From: Eledone cirrhosa
Lineage: Eukaryota
Length of the DNA stretch: 64,000 nucleotides
Assembly: GCA_964016885.1 (NCBI GenBank)
Contig: OZ024740.1
Location: 381,238,001-381,302,000, forward strand
Direction: 5' to 3'
Translations under genes and position numbers: made by a program
Shown: piece by piece, positions 1 to 10,798 of the stretch
Position numbering within the stretch: the first letter of the stretch is position 1
Layout: the number at the start of each line of letters is the position of its first letter
Notes under the pieces: generated by a model
The model's input: the letters and a program-made list of their open reading frames with translations, nothing else
What the model was told of the DNA's origin: nothing
The model's database searches: none

Positions 1-467
1 AATGATTACTGTTGTTAGATGATAATGATAATAACAATAATAGAAGTGATGTTAGTTATAATAATAATTGCAGTTTGATGGTAAGGAAATATATTTGTAA
101 TCTGTTTATGTCATATGGTTGGCTGCTTTCTCATGCCTTTAATTTTTCAATTAACCTTGTAGACGAGGCAGTATGTCATATATTTGTGTGTCATTGCTGT
201 AATAAGTCCAGTTACATATGCTTCTTAAGTCCCCTTGCTTGTATACTCTCCTACATTATATTTATTGTTTTGGCAGTTTCACATACTTTTATTCTTTTAC
301 TGGTTTTATTTGTTGGATAGTGGCCATGCTAGGGCACCACCTGGAAGGGTTTTAGATCATATATATAGCTTGTTCCAAAAAGGCGTTTTGTTAACTTGCT
401 TCAAATGTTAAAAGTTAGATGTTTGGAAGAAATGAAAAAGCAGAAGAGAATGTTTTTGAAACACAAG

Positions 468-962
468 TACCATATACACTTGAATATAAACCGATCCCCT
501 ATTTTATGTCTAAGAAATGGGCAAAAATCCAAACCCTAATTTATAAGCTGGGGCAGATAATCAACACATTATATTTAGATGTAGTTTTCAAATTCTCTTG
601 AGTGGAGAATAGTTTTAATATTTTGATAGTTAAAATTTTTTAAGTGTCATATAAAATATAGTTTTTGTTTCTCAACTTCACTATGTAATGATTTTGTTAC
701 CAATTTCTGACCATTTTGAAGGCCATATTCTTTCAAAACATATCGAAAACAATAGGAAATATGAATTTCACATCAATAGTGAAACCAGTTTAATATTCAG
801 TTCCAAATATTTGATCTGAAATATTTTATCACTTCATTTACATAGAATTTTGAAGTTGATGAAAATCGGCAAAATACTGACCTTGAATATAAACCACCTC
901 CATTTTACAATCTTTTTTTTTGTCACAAATTTCTCGTCTTATATACGAGTATGTAAAAGGTA
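468..962. mobile_element. Degraded pogo/Tc1-mariner-type non-autonomous DNA transposon (MITE)
   Basis: Imperfect terminal inverted repeats TACCATATACACTTGAATATAAACCGA ... TCGTCTTATATACGAGTATGTAAAAGGTA, bounded by TA. The CTTGAATATAAACC motif is repeated subterminally (~882). Confidence 0.55.
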
Positions 963-1056
963 GTTAGGTAGTATACAGAAAAAGAAAGTAATTGAGGTGG
1001 AGAGAGATTATAAGATATTGAATTCTACTACTGATTAAAGAATTATAATGAAATAT

Positions 1057-2228
1057 TCTATTCTATTCTAAGGCGGGTAAAATTCCCGAGATCCATGGAC
1101 GAGTTCTCTCCAGCGGTCTCTGTCCCTCATTATCGCTGCCATGTCCTGCGTCTCCAAGAGACCAGTGTCTGTCCTGCGTCTCCAAGAGACCAGTGTCTGT
1201 CCTGCGTCTCCAAGAGACCAGTGTCTGTCCTTAGGGCATCAACATACGTTAACCTTGGTCTTCCTCTTCTAGTGTGTCCATGTAGGGGCTCCCAAAGGAG
1301 CACTGAGTGCAATGTCAACTCTGGATGTTGGTGAGCATGTCCAGCTAACCTCATCTCCTCTGTGTCACTTTTGAGCTGACTTTTGGGATGCTCCCATACA
1401 GCTCTGAGTTTTTCATCCTCAGTGTATACTGATTAATGTTCAGAGCCATCCTCAGCATTCTCGTGTAGCACCCATCCACCATCTGAGTGAGTTTCTTGGT
1501 CAGTGTCCAAGTCTCAGACCCATACAGCAGCACAGACTCCACTACTGCGGTCATGGTTTTCATTGACTTTAGGAAGGCCTTTGATTCTGTGGACCGTTAC
1601 TGCCTGATGAAGATCTTACAGGCTTATGGAATCCCCAAGAAGATAGTGGACATGATATCACTGCTCTACACCAACACCAAAGCCCAAGTCATTACACCTG
1701 ATGGGATGACAGAGTTCTTTGAGATACTGGCTGGAGTGCTCCAGGGAGATACATTGGCTCCCTACCTTTTTATCATCGTAGTGGACTATTGAATGCGCCT
1801 TGCACTGGAGAAACACCAGGACTCTGGCTTTACTGTGGCACCGGCTCAGAGCAGGAGAGTTAGGGCGAAAAAGGTATCGGATGCTGAATTTGCCGACGAC
1901 ATAGTTTTGGTGACAAATACAGTGAAGGAGGCAGAGGATTTGATGCGGGAGGTTGAGACTGTGTCGATGAGTGTGGGGCTGAGAATGAATGAGACTAAAA
2001 CAAAATATCTGGTAGAGAATGTTGAGAAGCCAGAGGGGATCACTAATGTAAGCGGGAAGCCGCTAGAATTGGTTGAGGGCTTCCTGTATTTGGGAGCAAA
2101 GATTGGGAATACGGAAGATGATGTGGTTGAGAGGAAGAGCAAGGCCTGGGCGGCGTGCCACAGCTTGAGATCGGTGTGGAAGTCGAACCTTCGTAGAGAC
2201 CTGAAAATCTGCCTCTTCATTGCTGTAG
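1057..2228 (-). mobile_element. 5'-truncated, 5'-inverted non-LTR retrotransposon (RTE-like RT), pseudogenised
   Basis: The + segment 1549-2228 encodes FIDFRKAFDSV..GVLQGDTLAPYLF..EFADD..LFIAVV (stop at 1790-1792). The - segment 1548-1071 continues AVVESVLLYGSETW..RLAGH..RGRPRLTY. Tail is (TAGAA)n at 1057-1070. TSD TAATGAAATAT at 1046-1056 and 2229-2239. Confidence 0.9.
1143..1230. repeat. Three tandem copies of a 28-bp unit inside the LINE 3' end
   Basis: GTCCTGCGTCTCCAAGAGACCAGTGTCT x3. Confidence 0.9.
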
Positions 2229-2402
2229 TAATGAAATATATGAAGTAACAAATATACCGATTCCTCAAAAATGTATGAATAATAGCCAAATAAGGGTAGA
2301 AAGTCATAAGTAATCAAATCTTTCTTATATTGTTTTATAAATAAAAATTTAGCAATTCTTTTTTTATTTTACATTTTTTTTTTAGTTTAATATTTAGTTT
2401 AA

Positions 2403-2742
2403 TGGAGGCACATGGCTTAGTGGTTAGAGCATTGGCCTTGCAATCGAAAGGTTGTGAGCTCAATTCTCAGACTGGGTGATGTGTTGTTTCCTTGAGCAAG
2501 ACACTTTATTTCCTATTGCTCTATTTTACTCAGCTGTAGAAATGAGATGATAGGGACTGGGATCCATATCATTCCACTGCAAAGTGGTCGTGGAGGCGCC
2601 ACGGCAAAAAGCAACCAGCACTCACTGTAAATGAGGTTGGTGTTAGGAAGGGCACCCAGCTGTAGAAATCAAGCCAGAATCAGTTCCCGTCCCACCCTTG
2701 CAAGCAGGGAAAAGCGGATGTAAAATGAAATGATGATGATGA
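2403..2742 (+). mobile_element. tRNA-derived SINE, family A (CORE-like centre, RTE-derived 3' tail)
   Basis: A box TGGCTTAGTGG, B-box-like GAGCTCAATTC, CORE-like CCTTGAGCAAGACACTT, 3' GTTAGGAAGGGCACCCAGCTGTAGAAA, (GAT)n tail. Near-identical copies at 13108 and 13883. Confidence 0.85.
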
Positions 2743-2847
2743 TTAAAAACCAAAATAAGGTTATGGTACTAATATAACAGCAATATTTTGTATGTGATTT
2801 ATGCTTGTATAGACAAGCATATGTGTGTGCATTCAGAAGTGCTATGT

Positions 2848-3310
2848 ATCATCATCACCATTTAACATCCATTTTCCAAGCTAGCATGGGTTAGATGAGT
2901 TGTTCCATTGTGTGACAAGCCCAGTCAGATGACCATGTCTTGTTCATACTGTGTGTGCTAGGCGCTTTTTGTCGTGACACCTACATGACCACTTTACAGT
3001 GTAGGCTGGGCACTTTTTGTCATGTTGCTATCATGACCACTTTACTGTGTGTGCTGGAGACTTAGGTGCACCTTTTTATACAGCTATTACCCTTCATACA
3101 CATCACTTGTCCACATCAACCCATTCTCCTCTCCTGCACACTGCATCTGATCCTTCTTAGACCCACTTTCTCAGTTCATTTATGCTTTACTGTTCATGTA
3201 TATTACACATCCATCGAAGCTTCATTTCTTTCCAATCTTTGTTGGTCCTCTGCACACAGTGCCCAGGTCTCATTGTTATGCAACATTGCTGTTTGTATAC
3301 ACGCAATCTA
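2848..3310 (-). mobile_element. Old 5'-truncated RTE LINE 3' fragment
   Basis: (CAT)n tail plus 3'UTR modules. 3085-3310 aligns by eye to 49690-49925 of the long RTE (GCCCAGGTCTCA..GCAACATTGCTGTT). Confidence 0.75.
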
Positions 3311-5107
3311 AATTCCTCATTTCTCTCATATCCCCTGTGTCCATTGGTAAAAAGCAAATGTTGGTTTCTAACTGTTTGTTTCTCTCTGTTGGTTTGGGTG
3401 TGGTGTTTTTTTTTTTTTAAATAACTCTCCTACATATATGTATTAAGTGTTTTTGTTTCATTTGTACATCCAATCATATGTGTGTGTGTATGTCCCCACC
3501 CCAACAAATATATATGTGTGTATGGCATAAACTAGCTGATATAAACTAGGTGTAAGTTCTATTGGATTCTTGTCTTTCTCTTGCATGTATGAGTAGTTTC
3601 TATGTTAGTAATGCTTTTTGTTTGGAAATGTAAACATGTATTCATTGACTTTTCAATCTTAGGTTAACAAATGATAAGTTACACACACATACACAAGGAG
3701 GCCTAGGTAAAACAGCTGGTTTGAGTAAATTTCATCTTTACTAATATTTATGTTATTTATTTGTTATTTGACCTGGACAATTCACCTGATCCAATGATGA
3801 TTTAATACTATCGTACAATATTCATAATGTGCAGTTTATTGTAGCAATTGAGTTAAACCTAAATTTGGACTTTGATATGAGCACCCCCAAATTCCACAAC
3901 TATCTTAAGCTTCTTATGATATTCTAGTATATTGTCTGATGCATCTCAGCTGTGGTTTTAGTTTTGACGACCATAATACGCACTTTGTTTTGATATGTGC
4001 CTTGGACATATGCAATTCACTTTTGATTTGATGAATCTCTATAGAAAGATATCATTAGGTGAAACATCTCAAGACTTAGCAGGCCATGACACAATGGTGG
4101 TTCAATAACACACCTATCTTTACCATCCATCTAGGAACTTTCCATGAAATTAACTACAAACTTTAATTGCCTAGTGTGATAATAGCACCAGCTTACATGA
4201 AGATCAGTTCTTGTTTAAGACCATCATGCTCCACTATTAGCCAAAACTCTCCTTCAGCATTTACAAAGTACCATTTGGAATTGTTTGTTTGATAAAAGAA
4301 AAGCATTCTCCATCCATTTAACTCAAACTGCACATTTCACAAATTTAATTACTGTGGAAGACAGTAAATGATGTATCTATAAAATTAGAGAATTATAAAG
4401 TTATAAAGGTCAAGTAACTTGCATGTTATTATGAATAGTCTGTGCAAGTTTCATGAAAATATATTGAGTATTACTGAATATATATATATGCCTGTCCAAA
4501 GTCAGCTTTATTTAGGTCACATTGTGTATATATAATGTTACAGGATAGTTAATGTGTCAACATAGCTGGATTGGTGAAATATCAGTCTAAGGTAGTAGAG
4601 GAAAGGCTCTTCAAAGACACTAACTGGTTGTTGTAAGTTTCTTTCTGCAAACAACATAATAGTGGCCACTCTATCTCCAAAATGAATATAAAGGGAGCTT
4701 CTTTACTCTAATCTTAGAAATCTCTTGGGAGATGTCAGTATGACCCAATTACCTTGAATACTGTGTGGTGGTCATAGAGAGGGAGAAAAAATAGGGATAG
4801 GCAAAAATAAAGGGCCATTCCTACCTATTATAACATGTTTTAAACAGTTGAACACGGCTAGTGTCATCTTGTAAGATGAGAGAGAGGAAGGAAGGGAGAC
4901 ATACATTGACATTGTTAGCTAATGTACTTGAAAACATTGAAGTGAATGAATCAATTTGTTAGTTTAACCTATTTCATTGTTGTGGCAATTTTAGAAGACA
5001 AGATTGTCATATATAATCCACCCCCATTTATCTATCTATCTATCTCTATATATATATAAACACATATATTTACACACACACACACTTTATTTACACACAC
5101 ATACACA

Positions 5108-5670
5108 CATCATCACCATCATTTAATGGCACTTTCCATGTTAGCAAAGGTTCTACATAGACCAAATCAGTTCTGAAGTGGGGCTACTGACTACCCAGAT
5201 AGGCTGAGGGATTTGTATCCCACTTATGTAAAATCATAACAATTGGAAAGGAAAAGTTTTCATGCCCTTAATTGAAGGGTCCTCCTAACCCTTCTTTGGC
5301 TATCTTTCTACAGCTGCATGCCTTTCCTAACAGCAACTACTTCAGTGTGTATTGGGTGCTTTCATTGTGTTGATCACCAGCTCTAAGGAAGATGCAATGT
5401 CCTTGACACAACTAAAGTCCTTTTTTTGGCAAGCTTTCAACAGCTGGATGCTCTTCTTATCACCAATTACTTTACAGTGTGTCTTGGGTACTTTTATTGT
5501 GTAATCCCCAACACTAGAGAAGTTGTTGCATCTTTGATACAACTAAAGTGTTCTCCTGACTGTTTTAGGCATGGTTTCTGCAGCAGGTTGCCCCTCCTGT
5601 TGCCAACCACCTATATGGAGTGCACCAGGTGCATTTTTGTGGCACCATCACTAGAGAGGTTATTGGTCAT
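5108..5670 (-). mobile_element. Degenerate RTE/SINE 3'-tail modules (tandem CTACAGCTGGATGCCCTTCCTAAC-type units)
   Basis: Three diverged copies of the tail module, with CATCAT tail at ~5110. Confidence 0.55.
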
Positions 5671-5892
5671 AGGCACAACTGTAGAGCCATCTCAGATTTG
5701 AGGAAGGGGCAATAGAGGAGAGACAAGTATGAAGTTATAGGTGTATGTGGAAATTTGGCAGGGTACTGAGTAAAGGGTAGGGATGACTGATTAGTGTATG
5801 GGGATGTAGTTCTGTGGGGTATGTGGTCGATAGAGAGGGGGGTCATGGTGGAGAGATAGGTGAAGGGATAGTGAGGATTTAAGGGGTGGTAT

Positions 5893-5894
<2 letters not shown>

Positions 5895-5940
<46 letters not shown>
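5895..5940. repeat. (CA)n microsatellite
   Basis: Perfect dinucleotide run. Confidence 0.95.
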
Positions 5941-5943
<3 letters not shown>

Positions 5944-6169
5944 TTAGCTACATCAGAAATAAATGCACTTAATTATTTGCAAGATTCTTACCTTGTCTAG
6001 ATATCCAAACTAGTAAACAATTCCAGGCTAAAATTGATTCATTTTGCTTTAAATATACCCCCCCACCCCCCACACACACAAAAAAAAAGAAATATATATA
6101 TATATATAGAAATAAATAAGGTAAGATAAAATAAAACAAAACAAAAAAGGTTTCATTTTACTGTTTTAT

Positions 6170-6590
6170 AAAGCTGTGGGTAATCACGGTGTTCTTGGTT
6201 CAGGCCCATCTTTTGGTATGTTAGTCAAGTATTTCCTACTATATATTCTTGGAAAGACTAATGCCTAATGAAAAGAAATTTGGTAGACAGAAACTGTGTG
6301 GAAGCTTGTCATGTACACATACTTTGATGTGTGTGTGTGTGTATGTTTGTATCCATGTGTGTTTTCATGTTGATGCCACTTAAAAAAAGAATGTGCCATT
6401 TGTTTATGTCCTGCAGTTGAGTGCTTTGACTGAATATCTTTGGAATAAGTATCATACTTAAAAATAAGGATTGGCATCATAAATGGCATCTAGCTCTAAA
6501 ATACTGTCACAAAATGTCATGTCTAACCTGTTTTAGCATGGAAAAGTAGCCATAAAAACGATAAGTGATGGTTATGATGATGATGATGGG
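6170..6590 (+). mobile_element. Old degenerate tRNA-derived SINE with (GAT)n tail
   Basis: GGTTCAGGCCC B-box remnant, GGTAGACAGAAACTGTGTGGAAGC body (also ~12450), and AGCATGGAAAAG..GATGATGAT tail. Confidence 0.55.
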
Positions 6591-7381
6591 TTCCACTTTT
6601 GGAGTAAGCTATCTATCTTCAGGTTTCAGAAATCAAATCAGTATCATCTTTTGATGCCTACCTTCGATGCTGGCATGGACTGGATTGTTCATCATGGACT
6701 ACGACTAAACAGATCAGTGAACCACACCTTGCTCATATGTTCCATAATTTGTATGGTTCCTATAGCTGGATGACCTTCCTAACACCAACCAATTTGCAGA
6801 ATGCCCTAAGTGCATTTATTGTGGCAACAGCTTTACCACATTGCAAAGTGTACTGAGTGCTCATTATAGTGACACACACCATCATATGTATATTTTTGTG
6901 TGGATAAAGTATGACTGTTATATACACTGAGAAATAGGGATATATAGTGATAGTGACATTGTGATAATGTGTGCTTTAGTGGTTTGAGTTTTGGGCTTAC
7001 AGGTTCATTTGCTAAAACATGTGGTACATTGTCTTTGAGCAAGGCACTTCATTTCACATTGCTCCAGTTCAATCAATTGAAAATGAGTACTAGACTAACC
7101 TCATGTCTTCTATCTTCTCTTAGTTACATAGGCCTACATGTGTGTGTGTGTATATAGATATATAGATATATGTGTGTGCCTGTTTGTGTGACAAAACAAA
7201 TTATAAATGAATATAAAAATTTGTGTATTTTTATATCTACGACTCAAAACATGATAGAGTTGTTTCAGCCCCAACAATTCAGCTGAAATATCTTACTAAA
7301 TAAATGCAACTCATGAAAATTATTGTACCATCTCCTTGAAGATATGGAGTAAGTACATTTTGTCAAAGAAATTACATTTTG

Positions 7382-7855
7382 CCCTTTAATTCGTTACATT
7401 TTTATGCCTATGATTTTTAAATCATTTTGAGAATAAAGAATCGTAAGGAATTTAAGTAAAATAATTTAACATTTTCATTTGAACAATTTAAAACCAACAT
7501 AATTTTCATCATAAATTCACTATGGTTTCAGGCACTTTGCTATCTTTTTCTTCTTCTTCGCCCACTTATTCCTGAGAGGGTCATGTGGCAGAGTCCACAA
7601 ACACTCCTCCCAGCGGGTCCTATCAGAAGTAACCGTCTTCAAGCGAGATCAGCTGAGCCCATGGATGTTATCCAACAATCTTGCTTGGGGCCTACACTTG
7701 GGTTTTTCCAGTTCTTGCCTGTAACATCAGAGCTACGATCTCTCAATTTAGAAGAGTAGTGGCTTTACCTGGAGTGACTCTCTGATCTCAGAGCTATGCA
7801 TTCCATCGAGTAATGTTACACCAAAGACCTGTAACTTTGGTATCTGAAGGGTTAA
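7382..7855. mobile_element. Old piggyBac-type MITE (family 2) interrupted by an RTE fragment
   Basis: Right end GGTATCTGAAGGG-TTAA. Internal sequence resembles copies at ~8290-8511, 10560-10798 and ~18240-18420. Left end is degenerate. Confidence 0.55.
7546..7833 (-). mobile_element. RTE-clade (Expander/Rex3-like) LINE 3' fragment with (GAA)n tail
   Basis: The minus strand reads VFGVTLLDGMHSSEIRESLQVKPLL..IERS. TSD ACTTTG[C/G]TATCT at 7534-7545 and 7834-7845. Homologous copy at 58787-59138. Confidence 0.8.
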
Positions 7856-8837
7856 ATTACTGCCAATTGGTCTACCTAGTAAATTAATGTTCTGCCATAT
7901 ATTAACAATGAAAACATTCCATAGTGAGAAGTTGGGAATTCAACTAAATTTCTTATTGCAGTTATATGGTTAAGCACATATATTTTTGTCTTTGAGATAG
8001 AATTATTAAGTATCTGTTACTATTTGACACAGTGTGTATGTGAATTCCTAAAATATTTATTACCAATTCAGTTCAAATGCAATACATTTTTAAGAAATAA
8101 AAACAGGTTACTAATTTTCTAGCTTATTGAAAATAAATGTGGTAGCATTTAAGACATTTTAATTTCAATACTTTTAATATTTGTTTCTTTAATGTAGGCT
8201 TGTAGGCATTTCACATTCACTGCTTCAGTCTCGCTACAATATAACTTTACACTATAACAAGAGGAGTTTCTTAGTATAACACAATATTCATTAGTTAACT
8301 CTGTAATTGAATTTCTAATAAAGTAAATAGTTATTGTAATTTATTAATGAAGAATTTGGAAGGATTTACTAAAATTATTTCATTACCAACATTTCTATTA
8401 ATATCTGTAACATGACAAAAGATTCTTATTTAGTTAGAACCTTTTAACATGTGTGGTTTTGTTTCATAGAATCAAAAGCAGTTCTGGGCAGGTTAGTATC
8501 AAAAGGGCTAAGGCTGCAATCATGCTTTTTATTTTGATATTTAAAAATGACTCGAATCTCATAACCTATTTTTGTCTTTCTTCAAAAGATAAGACTTCCA
8601 TTTAATATGAAAAAATATAATGATTTGTGGACAGTGTAATATGGTTTTATATATATATATATAATATTATTATTATTATATATATATAATAATATATCAT
8701 ATTATTGCCTCATGTATATTGGGTAGATGTATTAGCATTATTTTCACTATTACCATGCTTATTTTTGATATTTTTGATGTTCAAACTTCCAATAGGGCTT
8801 AATTTCTGTGTAATAGAAAATAGATATGTGTATTGTA

Positions 8838-8871
<34 letters not shown>

Positions 8872-8994
8872 ACATATATACATGTATATATTGTACCTTT
8901 TGATTTTTAATTTGGAATTTTAATGTTGGTATAGATATATTATTATTATAATGTATTATACTCTGTTATATATAATTCCTGCTCTATATAACCA

Positions 8995-9390
8995 AATTTG
9001 TTTAGATTTAAGTTGGTGACTTTGGACTATATTTGTAATATGGTTCTTAATGTTATCTACATCCTTAGTTATTATAATTTTATTATTTTTATCTTCATTT
9101 TTATTATCGTATATCTTTGTAAGACATTAGTGTATGTAAACTCCATATTCTTCAGAGTTTCTGGCTTGTATCTGCCGAAATTACCTCTTGTTGTTTTGAT
9201 TGCCCTGATGAGTCCTTAATAGGACACAACATTGTCGGCTAATAAAAACTTTTGATGTATTAAAGGATTCTTTGTTTTACTCTCTTAATTTTTCGGCTCT
9301 GTTTAACTGCATTGAGCTATACCTTTTACTGTCATTTCTATAATACGAAGAGGGTGTTTGACTCAAACACGCTCCAGTATTCTAATCCTT
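8995..9390 (+). mobile_element. Penelope-like pseudo-LTR remnant with degenerate hammerhead
   Basis: GCC-CTGATGA-GTCCT-taat-AGGAC-acaac-att-GTC-GGC at 9202-9239, followed by AATAAA. The remnant ends in a (TA)n tract. Confidence 0.6.
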
Positions 9391-9571
9391 ATATATATAT
9401 ATATATAAAACAAGAAGTGTGTGTAAGTCAACGGGTTAAAATTAACTTCATTTATTTATATTTTGGTGATAACTATTATTCAACAAATTTATATATATAT
9501 ATATATATATACTGTAGTAAAAGTTAGGTGGAAATATCCAAGGGTAAGAGCACTCAGTCCATAAAATAATA

Positions 9572-9609
<38 letters not shown>

Positions 9610-9627
9610 AACAACATAAGATAATTA

Positions 9628-9688
9628 TTTCATTTACTAGTGGTTTCTTGAAAGCAAACAAAATTTGCTTTCAGTCATCAGAATGAAA
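9628..9688 (-). ncRNA. Type I hammerhead ribozyme motif (mirror copy)
   Basis: Reverse-complement copy of 9767-9827. It differs only in stem III (GAAACCACTAGTA). Confidence 0.7.
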
Positions 9689-9766
9689 AAATCCTGGTGT
9701 ATTTATTGACAGTGGATTTTAAAAAAGGTTTTTTAAAATCCACTGTCAATAAATACACCAGGATTT

Positions 9767-9827
9767 TTTCATTCTGATGACTGAAAGCAAATTTTGTTTG
9801 CTTTCAAGAAACCACTGGTAAATGAAA
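9767..9827 (+). ncRNA. Type I hammerhead ribozyme motif
   Basis: Stem I TTTCATT/AATGAAA (7 bp), CTGATGA core, 10-bp stem II TGAAAGCAAA/TTTGCTTTCA (C.A closing mismatch), GAAA, short stem III CC/GG, GTA cleavage triplet. Confidence 0.75.
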
Positions 9828-10029
9828 TAATTATCTTATGTTGTTTATTACATAACTAATAAGCTCTGTAACCTACATAGAGCACTCTTTTTTCCTGGAC
9901 CTTTCCGATCGGGTGTCCAGCCCGACTATTTCTATGTCCCCGTGCATATACATACACATGTACGTACCCATGTATATACACATATACATACATATGTACA
10001 TGTGTATATATACATATTTAGACACTTTT

Positions 10030-10206
10030 GTATGGCTGTTGACTCTTATGAGTTCTTCCGCCCTTTGTCAGGTTTTGTTTTTTGTCCTGCAGGGTGTCCA
10101 AAATCACCCTCCTCACCAAGTAAACTTGGTGGGGTTGCCGGTTTAGTCGCTGACAACCCGACCATGCAACAGGTTGTACTGGGTTACGTTACCAGAGTGA
10201 CCTGAC
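10030..10206 (-). mobile_element. GC-rich retroelement 5'-UTR-like fragment with HDV-like ribozyme candidate
   Basis: GC-rich island between microsatellites. The minus strand has CCAGT..ACA-ACCTGT-TGC..GGG-TTG-tcag-CGA-CTAA-ACCGG in HDV-like order. Confidence 0.4.
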
Positions 10207-10559
10207 ATAACATACATACATACATATTGTTTTTCTATCACTCAATTTGTACTCTCCTAGTGAAGGGCTAAAGTCCGATAAGTTTCTCGCTTTCATCTAT
10301 GCGTTTTATTCATTAAAGTAATTACCAAATACGTTTTTACATTAAAAAAATCAATATTTAATGTAAAAACATACTTGGTAATGTATTTGGTATATATATA
10401 TTGAAACTGTTGTCTTAGAAAACAGTGGCACAGAAACAGTTTTTCAAGCGTGGTGATAAAGAACTGTTATAAATAATTTAATATAATCTTCATAAGCTCT
10501 TTATTTAAAAATGGATTCACTTTAATATTGTTATTGTCCATAACGTTCAAGGTAACTGG

Positions 10560-10798
10560 TTAACCCTTTTGATACCACTCTGCCTGAAACCACTCTTAGT
10601 TCTTTGATATGTCTGTTTGATTTAAAGTATTCGCATTGAAATTTAACCCATCTATAATAAGTTTATGTCAAAAGATATTGTGTTATGTATCAAATGCAAG
10701 TTATTTTATTAAATCTCTTAAATTTCATGATTATTTTCAAAATTATTTAAAACTCATATGCAGAGTCTTTCCTTCGAATTATAGTAAGTAAAGGTTAA
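10560..10798. mobile_element. Old piggyBac-type MITE (family 2)
   Basis: TTAA-CCCTTTTGATACC ... GTAAGTAAAGG-TTAA. Related diverged copies at ~8290, 18240, 18710, 23150, 28040 and 34935. Confidence 0.65.

Larger units (their letters stand above)
9605..9850. repeat. 246-bp near-perfect palindrome (inverted Penelope-like pLTR pair)
   Basis: 122-bp arms, 2-nt spacer (GG, 9727-9728), and a single mismatch (9638/9817). Confidence 0.95.

Noticed and set aside
2403-2475. tRNA genes at SINE heads
   Set aside because: A/B boxes are present, but there is no intact cloverleaf and they continue into SINE bodies.
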